From the NCBI RefSeq assembly GCF_001194135.2, contig NC_068982.1, positions 151,132,317-151,196,316 on the forward strand: a DNA stretch of 64,000 bases, in the 5' to 3' direction. Under the pieces are notes generated by a model that was not told the origin of the DNA, did no database searches, and worked only from the letters and a program-made list of their open reading frames with translations. Positions 51,311 through 64,000 of this stretch are shown in pieces. The position numbers and the translations under genes were made by a program. Numbering within the stretch: the first letter of the stretch is position 1; every line of letters starts with the position of its first letter. Source of the DNA: Octopus bimaculoides (taxonomy: Eukaryota).

Positions 51311-52814
51311 CGCCTGGCCTTTTGCTTTGTCCCATTATTTTTCTGATCAGAATGGAACTTATCTCTTCTACAAGAAGCGTAAGAACGAATATTTCAGGCG
51401 GCCTATTTGCTGCTGACACCTGCATGGTATTTCTGGTCGGTATGGTGTGGCTGGTGATGCTTTGATGTGGTCTGGGAATGCAAATTTTACAAAGATTCTT
51501 ATTCGACCAACAGATATGGTCGCTAATGTAAGGCATGATTTTCCACAGATAAACCAGCTGATAGAACTGCTTCCCTAGGTCAATAGTAAATAAAAATTAG
51601 ATACCTGACATTTGGAATGTTCTTAGGTGTCCACAGCTCTCTATCAACCGGGTAATACTGTCGATTGAGCTTACATGATAGCGTTTTAGGTAAGACGAGT
51701 ATTAGGCAAGAGCACGATATTTTTGAGAATCAGCTTATTTTCTTTTTTGTTATTTTCTGCCATATCTTACTTTTGTATTTTGTGTTTTGCATCACATTTT
51801 TGCATATTCCCCGATGTCTTTAAACTCTTGTTTGTAATAAAGAATTAATTATTCTCTTTCGAGGAGAGTAGACCTGTTCTACATTTTTGGAAGAATCGGA
51901 TTACTGAATTTGGATTTAAGTGAAAAAGAAGTTTTGGACTATTACTTTTTTTGAACTTATGAATTATCATCTTTTTTACCTTGAAGTGGGTAAAAAGTTT
52001 GTAGCTGGACATTTTTGTAGATTTTATGTGGATTGACAGATCGTAAGACTTCCCGGTATTTTTCCCTTCCTGCCGAAATTAACTTCGCCATTCATCCCTC
52101 TGAGTTCAATAAAATAAAGCACCAGTCAAATCCTAGGATCGATAGGATTACTAGTTTTGTGCTTAAATCAGGAACCATTATTGTCATTTGAAAGGTTGGA
52201 TCTTTTGGTTAATTGTATCTTGTTTAGTAGTATTTTGGTTGTCAAGATAAATAGTTTCTCTAATGTTTTTAATAGGAATTACTTTGGTCAAGTTTCAAAA
52301 CATAAGATATTCACCTAACATGCAATGGTCATCTTGAAGTAGAAATATCTGCAGTTAGTTTAAACAATATTTAACAAGAGTTGTTCAATAAATCATCGAC
52401 TGAAATAAATTAAGATGAGATGTATTTTGAAGGAGTTAAGAAAGCATATGTTTAGAGTAGATGGATCTCAAACGCTGAAAAAATTGTGATGCTTCCATGG
52501 AAACTTATCGATTTCGAGCCTGATCCTCGCTAGGAGTTTAAGCAATGAGGCACAAATTTGAAATAATGAGCTACAATATTTTTCCAGCACATCAAAATGT
52601 ATATTTTGTTGCATTTCAAACAGATATCAAAATACGAATCACGTACAAACACAGTGCTAGAAGTAAATTAGATACTGAGGTTTCTGATTATTCGACTGTA
52701 TATATAAGTCAACATAAATGGACTGGAGGCTATGATGGAAGAACAATATTCAATGTTGCAAAAATCATTCCTGGAGAATTCTGATTCAAATGATAATGTG
52801 GCATAATGAATACT

Positions 52815-52986
52815 AATACACACACACACAGACACACACACACTTACTAATTTATACACACACATATATATTTATACATATATATATACACATATGCATA
52901 TATACAAATACACTCACACACACACACACACGCACACACATATATGCATACACACACATACATATGTATATATGTTGTGTGTGCTA

Positions 52987-53033
<47 letters not shown>

Positions 53034-53095
53034 TGCATGTAAGCATATAAATATACATGTGTATATCAGTGTGTGTACGTGTGTGTGTGTCTGTG
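52815..53095. repeat. (CA)n/(TA)n/(GT)n compound tract
   Basis: Visible. Confidence 0.9.
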
Positions 53096-53212
53096 TGTAA
53101 GTTGCGACTGTCATTCTCTTTTCCTCCTCTCTGGATTCTTGTATCGCTGTTTCTATCTCTTACCACATTACTTTTTGTCTTTCTCTTTCCTTTTTTATTC
53201 ATTTACTTGTTT

Positions 53213-53345
53213 ATAGTCATTGGACAGCGGCCATGCTAAGAGGCCTTGAAGAATTTAGGTGAACAAACCGACACCAGTAGTTATTTGAAAGACTGGCACT
53301 TGAGTCTGGTACTTAATAAATCAGTTACCAAGCGGCGGTGGGGAA
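53213..53345 (+). mobile_element. Diverged SINE-like fragment leading into a (CA)n tail
   Basis: cattggacagcggccatgct...gaccagt...ctggtactt...caagcggcggtgggg; recognised from memory as a cephalopod repeat, unverified. Confidence 0.4.
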
Positions 53346-53425
53346 TAAGCACATCACAAACACAAAGACAGACTAATAGACAGACAGACAGACACACACA
53401 CACACATACACACACATACACACAC

Positions 53426-53467
<42 letters not shown>

Positions 53468-53534
53468 ACATGCGCGCGCGCATACACATACACAAACACA
53501 CACTCTCCCCCTCCCTTTCACACATATTCACACA

Positions 53535-53695
53535 TATGAACGGTTTCTTTCAGTTTCTGTCAACTAAATCCATTCGTGCTGAGGGTATAGTGGAAGACAC
53601 TAAAGCAGGGTGCTGCTCAGTGGCACTGATCAACTGATCCCAGGACCAAATGGTTAGGAAGTAAGTTCCTTAACCATAGCACCAGCCTACACCTA
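53535..53695 (-). mobile_element. Diverged tRNA/CORE-type SINE
   Basis: Reverse complement has an A-box-like ggctggtgctatggttaagg, a B-box-like ggtcctgggatcagtt, and ...gacagaaactgaaagaaaccgttc leading into the adjacent GT-rich tract. Confidence 0.5.
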
Positions 53696-53899
53696 TAAAG
53701 TGTACATCACCTCTTCGGTTTGGAAACAAATTTTGCCCTCCTGCATAACACCCGCGGATCCCTATTTCAAATATCTTTATCAGTTTCATGTTATCAATAT
53801 CCCAGAAATTTCACTTTTCTACATCATTTACTTTCCCTCCCTTTATCTCTAGAATGCAGCAGTAGAGTGGCCGTTTTAGTAGGAGGTAAGTAATTAAGA

Positions 53900-55230
53900 A
53901 GTATTGATGATGACGTAACAGGTAATCTTAATTTCAGCAAGCAGACAAATCTTATGGAAGCATTTTCAAATCACGATCACAATCGATTGGTTATAGATTA
54001 TGTAGTCTTCAATAATATTACGGTGAAAGAGGACATGTTACAAACAGATATGTTAATATAGTTTACAAATTTACAACTCACGCCACCCAAAGAAAGTTTC
54101 ATAGCATCCAGATGACTTTCTTATATCAGGTGAGATTGCAGACACTTGCAAAGGGAAAGGGTGTTTTAGAATTGTTCAAATCTAGGTAGATCATAATCTA
54201 TGCAGTGCCCTTAACAAAAAGCCATTTCACATGGAAAACAGGTGCACCAAACAGGTTCCAAAAACATATATAGACCAGATCCAAAAAGGTGAAGATGGTT
54301 GAACCTTTTACAGAAAAATAGCACTAGAGCACAGGGGCTTTGGCAGTTTTTGATTTCACATCACAAGATTAGCAGCAGATGGATATTTCTCCATTGTTCG
54401 TTCTTGGGTGAGGCAATACATAATCAATTTTGAGTTCTGCAATTCAATAAAGATCAGCAAATATATAATAAAATATCTCTGGAAATATATAACCAAAGGA
54501 CTCGCCGCTGCAGTGTTTGCTCTAAAGCTTCAATATGTCTTGAAGTTACTCAATTTCAGCAAGGACAATGCATTGGTACCAATGGGTGTTCTTTTATCTT
54601 TCCTAATCACGAAGATACTCTATGATTCAACTAAATAGAGAAAGTTCAACAAGTTGGCTTCATTCAAGCAACTACTATACAGCAAGCACAGATCCATTTC
54701 AAGCTGTACCATTCTGATCCTTTTGTGAAATAAAAACAACGAAAAACAAAAAGCAAAAAGAAGCTATGTAGGAGGGTCAAGTTCATTTCAAGATCTTCGA
54801 TTAGCCAATGGCAAAATTTGAACCATATATAGGAAGACATACTTTTGTACTGGGGCTGATTGTATATGTCTATACAAAATGTTTTCTCAGAACGAATAGC
54901 GCAGTTTCCCGGGTTTCAATTGTATATCTGCGTTAAGTATGATATAAAGAATGCAATTTTGAACTAATACTGCTTCTGTCACTAGTAGTGAATTTTTATC
55001 CAGTGTACCGGCTAATTGCGATGCAAGTGATTTGTTGATCATTGTTTTCTATAAAGGCAAAATTTGATTTGGCTTGCGGTTGTTAATGATGTTTGCTACC
55101 AATGCCACTCAAAGAAGCATATTTAGTAATTCCACCACCGTTTCTAGACACTTTTCATTTGCTACTGATATATTTCTGAGTTCTTTAATACTATGAATCT
55201 ACATAAGATGCTTTCTCAAGACAAATACCA
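53900..55230 (+). mobile_element. Helitron Rep(-helicase) remnant
   Basis: RCTKQVPK, YIINFEFCNSIKISKYI.KY..KG.AAAVF (cf. HINVExCxSxKSIKYxxKYxxKG), FPNHE, IGR, LKEA...P..L.TF.LLL: conserved Helitron Rep motifs in order; many stops. Confidence 0.7.
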
Positions 55231-55264
55231 CAGTTTCTATGCTTACACCTGTGTTAGGTACCTT

Positions 55265-55460
55265 TATACACACACATATATATGTGTGTATATGCGTGTA
55301 TGTGTGCGCATGACTGTATGTGTGTATAAATAAATGTGTATATATAAATATGCTTGCATATATGTGTGTGCATTAGTGTATATATTATATATATGCATAT
55401 ATGTGTGCATATGTGTGTATACGCAAAATACACACAAACACAGATGCACTTGCACGTATA
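55265..55460. repeat. Degenerate (TA/TG/CA) tract
   Basis: Visible. Confidence 0.85.
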
Positions 55461-55869
55461 CATCGCAGTAGAAATGTTACTTTAAAATATTTCTTAAAAA
55501 ACAATGCATGATCTTAATTGAATGAAGTTTAAGACGTTTGGAATATTCCTACGAGAGCCAGAATTGCAATGATAAACAAAATGAAATTATAAACGTGAAA
55601 TGATAAGAATGTCGCTCGCAATATTTTCGTTTTTGTTTTTGTTTGAAAATCAGAAAGATAAACGTTTTATTTTTACTATCATATAATATTTCAAAATATA
55701 TTGTCATAATAAATGACAAAGGAAACACGTTCTGACTAACAGCTGAACAATTGAAAACTGAGACTATGGATATTATACAAGCATCTCGTTCTTGGCCACT
55801 CCTAGGTCTACTGCCCATTGGCTCGGCTGGAAGAAACTGTTTTGCGATTCTTTCCTGTTGTATTGTAAA

Positions 55870-57930
55870 CACATCTTAGTACCAGAGCCGTGACCTTTCA
55901 ATGCAAAGGAGTAGCGACTCATGTCTCATCGGTAGATGTAACCGTGATGACATTATCGGACAACAAAGTCTGCATCGGTTGTCATATTTTACTGCTTTTC
56001 CTGCATCTGTGTCCCTTTTGTGAATCACGTACTTGGTTAATATTTATTGTTCCTGAATTGCAAACGCTTACTCTTCAAAGTGGGAGGTAGTAATCCGGCT
56101 ATTGGTCCATGATATACGGCTTTGATGATCGATGTTACTATCATCACGTAGCTCTCTACTAACATATCCATGCATAGTCTTCTGCTTATATAGGCTCCTC
56201 CTTTCATCTGATGATATTGCAGTAGAGTTGTGCGACTTCTTTGGGCATGAATTCTAGATTATCAGACAAAGCGTGTTGTTCAAGAAGCTGCCTTCCAAGT
56301 ATTATGATGTTATCAGCATCATGTATGCAAACTTGGTCAAGGGATGCACAACGACACTTGGTAGTTAAAAGATGTTGCCGAAGGGATATGATGCGACATT
56401 CAAAGGCATTTTGGATTGACGTTAAGCTTCTGCCGCCTTGTTTTCATTTTAGGTCCAGGTGGTCTACGTCATTGTTTATGTGGAAATTATGTGTGCTTGT
56501 TAGTATTTTTCAGGTTTTCACATCATTGACTCGGATCTCATCAAAGGCTCAATCAAGCAGCCCAAATGTTGGTATGGGTACTGGCACTGCAAACACATTG
56601 TGGGCTAATGTTTTATCGAATGCAGAGTTCTGAGGTCCAAATTTTCTTTATTCGATTGTAATATTCTTTAGTGACACGTGTTTTGTTACAGGTGCCATTG
56701 TAAGATATATATTCATCCGCTCCTAGGTACCTGTAACATTCCTCATCAGATATAGGGGAAACAGCCAAGTCATTGATGAAGATGTAACTAGTCTGGTTTA
56801 TAGCTTTTCCCCTTTTCACAACTATATAACAATATTTAACCTGACCAAACTCCAACCCTCCATCCTTTGAGAATGTTGTAATTAGGTCAAGGCTGATTTT
56901 CATCTCATGCATACTCTTTGCATAAAGTTTTAAGTCATCCACAAAGAAACAGTGTGTAATTTTGGTATTCCTTGTGAACCAGTGAGGTATCCTTCAGACA
57001 TCCTTAACATGAATGACAAGGGGTTTACAGAAAATATAAACAACAGCACAAAGAAGCTGTCTCCTTGGAATATGCCTTTGCGATACTATATTCTATCGGT
57101 GATAATACAGTCACTCTGTGTTTAATTTTAAGATGGTGGCCCACGATGAAATCAGGTCAGCTATGGCTTTGACTATTATCACTGGAACTTTAGCAAGTTG
57201 AAGGGCTTCTAACATCCATGAGTGGGGAACAGAGTCAAAGACTTTCTTGTGGTCTAACCATATTGAAACTAGAATCCTCCTATGCTCTCGTACCTCTGAC
57301 ATCACAGTTTTGTTGATTAACAATTGCTCGGCATATCTCCAGACTCCCTTTTTCTCAGTTGCTTGTTGTGCTGTGGTAATGTTATTAGTTTGACTGTGGT
57401 CCTGAAGGAATAGGTTTAAACATGCAGTATATCTTATACATTATGTTCTGGTATGCAATTGGCCTGTAGTTTTTTGCCATGTGGGCGGTTCTGCATTTGA
57501 GGATCAATTTTGTCTCTGCCAGAGCTAACCTGTGTGGATGAGAACTTGGTGGTACAGATTGATAAGATATGGTCGGTAGAATGTTAGCTTCTTGTATCAA
57601 CATTCAACAATCATATCTATTCCAGGTGCTTTTCCATCCTGGAAGTTTGGATCACAATTGCAAGAGTTTCACCATCAATGTTGTATGTCTCAAGTGTAAT
57701 GCAGTGGCAATAACGTTTTCGGAATTCTTCCAGTCACAGAGCATCTTAATTAAAATCCTTCTCTTCACTCCTGATTTCCCTCCAGAAGGAGTCTATGTCT
57801 TCTCGTGAAGGAGCTTCCGTGATGTTTACTGCTCCTCCTCTCACGTCTCTGTATACTGCTGCCTGGCTGCGGTTAAACTTTTTGTTTATTGTTCTTCTCT
57901 CGGTTATTCTCTTCTGATGTCGGAGCTTTT
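55870..57930 (-). mobile_element. R4/Dong-type LINE, about 2 kb RT-to-knuckle remnant
   Basis: WKAPG-like motif, KNYRPI, WLDHKKVFDSVPHSW, GIFQGDSF, MDDLKLYAK, FGQVK, YRYLG, MHGY...AIQEQ...RCRLC...RHE; frameshifts and stops. Confidence 0.92.
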
Positions 57931-57989
57931 CACTGACTGACAGCTTTTAGATCCTGCTTGAAGGTAATCAGTTTGCAAGTGAGTGTCCT

Positions 57990-58033
57990 CTTATGTATGT
58001 ATATGTATGTATGTATGTGTGTGTGTGTGTGTG

Positions 58034-58070
<37 letters not shown>
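57990..58070. repeat. (TATG)n/(GT)n tract
   Basis: Visible. Confidence 0.9.
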
Positions 58071-58075
<5 letters not shown>

Positions 58076-58780
58076 CATTGCGATCTGGTACTGGCTTTAT
58101 TTGAAACTTCATTGCTTGGTATACATCGTTAATATTGTATGAAAGACCCAAACTAATTAGCTTCAATATTCTTTGGATTGGCCAGACTGTTAACGGAAAC
58201 TCGAAAAAATGATACGAATTTTATATAAAAATTTGATAAAATTTAATAAAATAATTTAGCAATCTAGCAATAAATTTCAATGGATATTTGAAAATGAAAA
58301 TAATTTTATTATGTAAGTGAAGTCTTGCATTTAAACCTTTTTACGGAGCAATTAAAAATTAATTGTTCGATCAGTAGTACTTCTCCACTTTGCACCATAT
58401 TATTGATGAAAAAAATCGATAGATTAGTGCTAGGCCAAATAATCATCAAAAGTTAAGTGGTATGATAAATTAGAATATCAATTTTAAGCTAATTTGAAAA
58501 TTATAGATCTTATTTCATTTAGGATTGTTTCAGTTTTAAACTAGCATGTTTGTCCTACATTCCCTCCTCCCCACACACTCCAAGATGAATTAGGGGAAAC
58601 ATCAAACAGCTTTGTAATGCAAAAAATTTAATTACCAAATGAAAATTTCTGACAAGCATAGGATTTCTTGCGGAAGAATTTCGTTAAGAAAACTTAGCTT
58701 GTAAGCATATTAATGTAGTGGCGTTCACCTTTATATTAGAAATATCGTAGATAGTAGTTTCTCTGAATAGATAGATAGAC

Positions 58781-58826
<46 letters not shown>

Positions 58827-58882
58827 TCAGAATGAGATAAAAATGCAAGGCTGTGATAGATTTTAGAACATTTATAAATAGA

Positions 58883-59200
58883 CGGTCTTACAGCTGTTTC
58901 CGGGATATTTTATATATCCCTTCATTGGAGACGGTGTGAGAAAATGGTTAAGCAATAGTTAGTTTAGATAAGATATCAAATAGAGAGTGAAGTGGATTAA
59001 TGAAAATAGATGTGAGATATGGAGGGATATTGCATCTGTAGATCAACTGTTTATGTAGAATAGTATACATATAAGATTCCAATACCTTGTGAGTAAGTTC
59101 CAATAATATTTAAAATTGGTCATTCCAAGTATAGAGTTTGTACACAGTGCTATTGAATCAAGGGTTTTATTTAAAGTGAACTATAAGCTGGGAATGTATT
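58883..59200 (-). mobile_element. PLE 3' remnant with decayed hammerhead
   Basis: Minus strand: gtct-ccaatga-a-gggatat(ataaa)atatccc-g-gaaacagctgt-a-agac at 58932-58885, preceded by weak GIY-YIG C-terminal text (LESY...). Confidence 0.55.
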
Positions 59201-59559
59201 TGTAAGGTCAAATCGAAAACAAGAAGAGAGGAATAAAGAAAAGAGAAAAAGAAAAGCAAGGAGAGAGATAGTAAAGAGATGAAGAGAGGGAAATTGTACT
59301 AGTTAGTGGTCAGTCAAGATAAATTGATGTTCTTATTGGAGTTTCCGGCGCCAATGCCAAGCAGTACATCATGCTTTTTCCAAATTTCTGGCAGAGTGAA
59401 TTGTGTCAGGGTGCTGTTTTTCTCACAGACGGTGCCCAACTGCCCCTACTATACTATGTAGTCAACACAATCAAAAACAAATAATGCGCATACACGAAAT
59501 TAAAAATATAAAATGGCAGCAATTTACCGATCGCACCCTGTAACCCCCCCCCCACACAC

Positions 59560-59577
59560 ATAGATAGATAGAGATAG

Positions 59578-59632
<55 letters not shown>

Positions 59633-59635
59633 TAA
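59560..59635. repeat. (GATA)n/(GA)n tract
   Basis: Visible. Confidence 0.9.
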
Positions 59636-59759
59636 GGGAGAGGAAAAAGAGGATTCACTTGTTACTGATTATACTATTATCATAGATCACCCGAATAAGT
59701 GATTTCCACACCTATTTATATAATAGAAGGATTTACTTTCATTTTGATAACATTCATCA

Positions 59760-60990
59760 TCCCTCTGTCACTTTCGTGTTTTAAGCTGTCAGAATAGATC
59801 CTAAGAGCATTCTCTGCAAGAGATCCGGCATTAATGTTGATAGTATAGAAACATTGTTTCCGAGCCTATCAGAATGCTGCTTAAACCTCTGGTCTCTTAA
59901 TGTGCCAAGGCAACTATATTTTATACTATAAGCATGAAATATTTTATGAAGAAAATAACTAAGAGGTGGGACATCTCCCTTCACGGTTACAGCTTCCCAG
60001 AGACTGGCGAGATGGATGTGATCGAGCTCCACTTCAATACCTACAGGTCGATGTTTTCAGGAAAATAGGGGAGATACAGGTACCGATTTGTGGTTTGTAG
60101 CTGAGTGAACTCCGTTAAAGGTATATAGTTGCTGTTAACTTTACAGCTATATATCACTTCCTCTGTAAGTGAGCAATCAGCCTATTATAGATGCGAGGAC
60201 TTTGAATGTTACTGTGAAACAAGTAATAGGCCCATATTTTTGGAAGTTTTTCTTTTCGTTTTTGCAGGTTAGGAATCAATAGTTTTCACATTCAGATTAT
60301 GTTTACTCCTGTTCCATTTACTAGTCATTGAATACAGTTGCGACAGGTTCACAACTCCAGGTTAGATGATACAGGAAGTTTTTGTTAACACCAACAGCTC
60401 TGCAGTTGCTTTGCAGCTTATATCGTATCCTGGAACATTTTGCTAGCTAAGCTGTCATGTTAATATTATCTATTTTCCCTTTCTCTTCTGATCCAATTTA
60501 TTTTCAATTGCGCTGAATGTTTTTGAATCTGATTTTGCTAATATTAATGGCTAATCAGCAGAATTATTGCAAACAAAAGATTCTGCCCATCCAGGCGGTT
60601 TTCTGTTAGTTTATCTAATATACATTTTATTGACACAGCCCAGTTTTTATTGTGTTGAAGTTGTTAAGTGGTGGTTTTACTGACTTGCTTAATCAGTGGT
60701 TGCAAATACTTCTCTACATGCTGGAATGGTGCAGTTCAGAGGTGCTTATGATGAAACACCTCAGCAGTGAGAAAAACTGATTCAGTCACCTCTCTTTGCT
60801 CCGGAGTCTCTGCTGCAAGCTGATTCTTTTGCTTGAGAGATCCTGGTTAGCTTGGTCTGCCTGGCAGAATCATATTCCTTTTATCTTTTGTTGCGGTATA
60901 CAGACATTTGATTCAAATTTTAAACCTCTTATTTCCTGATCCAATTGTACATCTCTTCATTTACTGTGGTGCATTTGTCACTTACCATTC
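59760..60990 (-). mobile_element. Internally deleted, old R4/Dong-type LINE
   Basis: NVPGYDIS, KYGPITCFTVTFKVLASII (RT domain 1), then within about 350 bp SCLGT...LLQRMLLGS (endonuclease C-terminus). Confidence 0.7.
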
Positions 60991-61169
60991 AGATATGGTT
61001 GCATAAAATGTGTAGCACATAAACGGTTCACATATAATTTATTTTTAAAAAGGAAAAATTGAATGTAACAACCATTATTACCACGATAAAAAATGCCAAG
61101 GGAGACAGTATGATAAAGTTGTATATAAAGTTGTATAATTTCATTGTTTTAGATCTCAGCAAAAATAAG

Positions 61170-61188
61170 ATTGCGTGTGTGTGTTTGT

Positions 61189-61260
<72 letters not shown>
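61170..61260. repeat. (GT)n microsatellite
   Basis: Visible. Confidence 0.95.
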
Positions 61261-61261
<1 letters not shown>

Positions 61262-62239
61262 CCTCTTTTTACCAGAGAATGACAGTCGCAGACGCAATGA
61301 AGTGAGATAAGAGAAACGGAAAACATTGGAGGATATCCACCAGAATTCTTCCCATCATCATTGTAGTGAATTCAATATAAATTCAAAAAATTTTTGCGGT
61401 GATGATGAGCAAGTTAATGAACTGCTAAAGAAATATGAACTTTTTTGTTTCTGAATAAAAAAAAATGCAAGCAAAAAAAAAACAAACTCTGCGCTTAGTC
61501 TCATACCTCATGGGAAACAAAAAGAATTGTGTTTTCTTCATTTTAGTATCCTTGCATTTGATATAGAGTCAATTAGCTTCAATTTTTTATGCTTTTGTCT
61601 CTCATTTTTGAAACCTTTTCAGTTCTCAGGAGATATTGGATACCAGAAACAACATATTCCTGAATTTAGCCACATACATACATGGGTAAATGCCATCCAA
61701 TGTCTTCTTCATCTTTTTCAATAAGACAAGTGTGATCTCAGGGAGATTTAAGTGTTCTTTTAGCTGGTCGGGTGACGGCATCCAGGTCATTGTGCTGCTA
61801 TGTCAATTGGTAAATGTGGAGAATTTCGGCGCAACTTCGAAGAAACTCTGATGTATAAAAATATGGTTTAATTGAAATACCGAAACGAAAACGGAATATT
61901 ATTTAGCATTGCAGTGGTCACAAACACAGAAAGTTCGTAATTTGTGCTGTCATTACGTCGTATAGTTAAATACTTATAAATTACCTAAATGTTTTTCTCT
62001 CTCCTCTATACTTGCTTTCAAAAATTGACGTACTATTTCGCTTTGTAATAAGCAATATTTCGTTTTCGTCACGATAACCGTAACACACACATACACACAC
62101 AGGTGTGTGTGTATGTGTGTAGTTTGTTTAGTACCAATGCACGAAACTCGCGGTCCTCGAGTTACTCTCTAGCTTCTGCCTGTTAATAATGATATACCCA
62201 TACATCGAGTTCTGTTTTCGTGCTTGTATCGCCAACCCT

Positions 62240-62262
62240 ACATACATACATACATACATACA

Positions 62263-62293
<31 letters not shown>
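62240..62293. repeat. (CATA)n microsatellite
   Basis: Visible. Confidence 0.95.
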
Positions 62294-62295
<2 letters not shown>

Positions 62296-62299
62296 GGAT

Positions 62300-64000
62300 T
62301 TTTTTGTCGACAATTAGACTGCCAAAAGGCTACCTTTCTCCCCATCAGCCGTCTCAGAGAGGATTATGAGCCTACGGATACCAATCGTGAATAACCAACA
62401 TCTGACCCTCGTCAACGAGCATGCTTCAACAATGACCTACTGTAGGAGCTCTGTATCATCAACATGTTCTTTGATCAGCCAACCAGATTTATTTCACGTG
62501 GAAACTGCTCGGTCCGATCACTATGATCAATTGGACTATGTCGTTACCCAGAAGATTGGGCTGTAGGACATCCTGTGCGCGAAGGCCATGCTTAGGGTGG
62601 AATGTTCAACTCACCACTACCTTGTGAGGAATCAAATGAGACCCAGGTTCAACCTGGCCGGAGAAAGATCCCAACCAGCACAAAGCCAAAGCAGCTTGAC
62701 GTCAGCAATCTAGCAAATGGGAAACACTGTCGGAGACTGACTACTGCTGTCACGGCTACGGTCGAGTGCAGGGCAGCCAACTCAGACGGAATGGATGGCA
62801 TCGAGGAGTATTGGCAAATGTTAAAAAATCAGTCTTGTCTGATGTGAAACACCTGCATAAAACACCCGATTAGTTCTGGGAGCACTGAGAGGAGATCCAG
62901 AAGCTGCTTGACGGAAAGCAACAACCACACCAGTGACAACTGCAGAACTCGGAGAGAAGCAGTGTCACTTTTGCTGAAATCAAGTCCAAAGTGCAGAGAG
63001 AAGTGAAATCGCTGAAGAATGATTGGTGGTGCAGGTAGGCAGATGCTCTGCAGAGCATGGCTGACATGCACAACTACCATGGGCTGTTTACAGGAGTGAA
63101 AGCTATCTATGGCCCCCAGGAGTAACGCAGTAACACCAATCAAGTCTTCAGACGGGAGCCAACTGCACTCCGACCTCTAAAAGGTCGGAGCTAGGTGGAA
63201 GGAACAATTTCTGTAACCTCTTCGATTAGCAAGGATCAGGATCCGTTCAACCAGCTAAGGCGGCACCAGAGTCGAGATTACCCCTGTCTTGAGATCGCTA
63301 TGCGGGAGCTGGTGAAAGCCTTAAAGGCTAGACTATGTCGCGAAGCACCAGACCAGGATGGTACTCACTCACTCGTGCTCAGAAAAGGTGGGCAAAATCT
63401 CCGTATTGAGCTGTTGAAACTGTACAACGCTTGTCTTCCTAATGAGTGTATATCCTAGGACCTCAAGGATGCCCTGATAGTCATTATTTATAGAAAGAAA
63501 GGTGATCAAGCGGAATGTAGGGATCACCGGGACGTTACTTTGTTGGTCATTGCTGGCAAAGTGTTAGCGAAAATCATTTTCAACCGGTTGAAAAACATGT
63601 CAGATTAGGTCTTACTAGAGACTGAATGTAGCTTCAGATCAAGGACATTAACCACAACGGACATGAACTTTTCAAGCAGTTTCTCACAAGAATGAAAGGA
63701 CGAGTCTCAGTTGGTGTAGAATTTAGTGAAGCGTTTCCATTCAACCATGGTGTGAAGCAAGGGTACGTGCTTGCCCTCGCACTTTTCTCTCTCTAACTTG
63801 CAGCTGTGCTTGACACCATGCTAACCAATCCGCACCAGAACAGATGGAAAGCTCTTCAACTTGGTCCGTCTTCGTGCCTCCAGCAAAAGCTGGGAAATTT
63901 GTGTCTCCACGGAGATGATACAGCGCTCATGGCCAACAACATAGAGGACATGCAACACGTTGTGGGCCGGTTTTCTTGTGCAGTAGATATGTTTGGTCTG
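62300..64000 (+). mobile_element. RTE/BovB-like LINE remnant (APE endonuclease + RT), runs off the window end
   Basis: ERIMSLRIP....HLTLVNEHASTM, FTWK..RSDH..QLDYV, KDALIVIIYRKKGDQAECRDHRDVTLLVIAGKVLAKII, HGVKQGYVLA..LFS, DGKLFNL.RL.A; stops and internal deletions. Confidence 0.9.

Noticed and set aside
59330-59480. Short GC-richer stretch open for about 50 codons on both strands, as a possible host exon
   Set aside because: No recognisable homology and weak splice signals; a BLASTX or RNA-seq check would be needed.

Overview
Gene-poor, AT-rich eukaryotic DNA from a draft assembly, with six N-gaps that sit at or beside simple repeats. The SINE families and microsatellite load resemble an octopus/coleoid cephalopod genome; this is recalled pattern, not a search result. 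I found no intact host protein-coding gene, rRNA, true tRNA gene or CRISPR array. Almost all ORF-track entries are translated microsatellites, N-runs or decayed transposon fragments, so the window reads as intergenic or deep-intronic. Recognisable remnants include R4/Dong-type LINEs (restriction-like endonuclease, AAT tails), RTE and L1/Tx1 LINEs, Penelope-like elements (PLEs), a Ty3/gypsy pol, a Helitron, weaker pogo, MULE, hAT and Tc1 traces, and several tRNA-derived SINE families. The best lead is at 30066-30625. A tRNA-headed SINE there carries a minimal, PLE-type (dimer-dependent) hammerhead ribozyme in its tail. It is inserted as a head-to-head inverted composite bounded by an exact 12-bp direct repeat, which suggests a SINE mobilised by Penelope-like machinery. 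Other leads are further hammerhead-like motifs, a twin-priming-type 5' inversion in a Dong/R4 LINE, and a stack of retroposons landing in each other's (ATT)n tails. Remnant boundaries are read by eye and approximate; motif coordinates were counted from the sequence.
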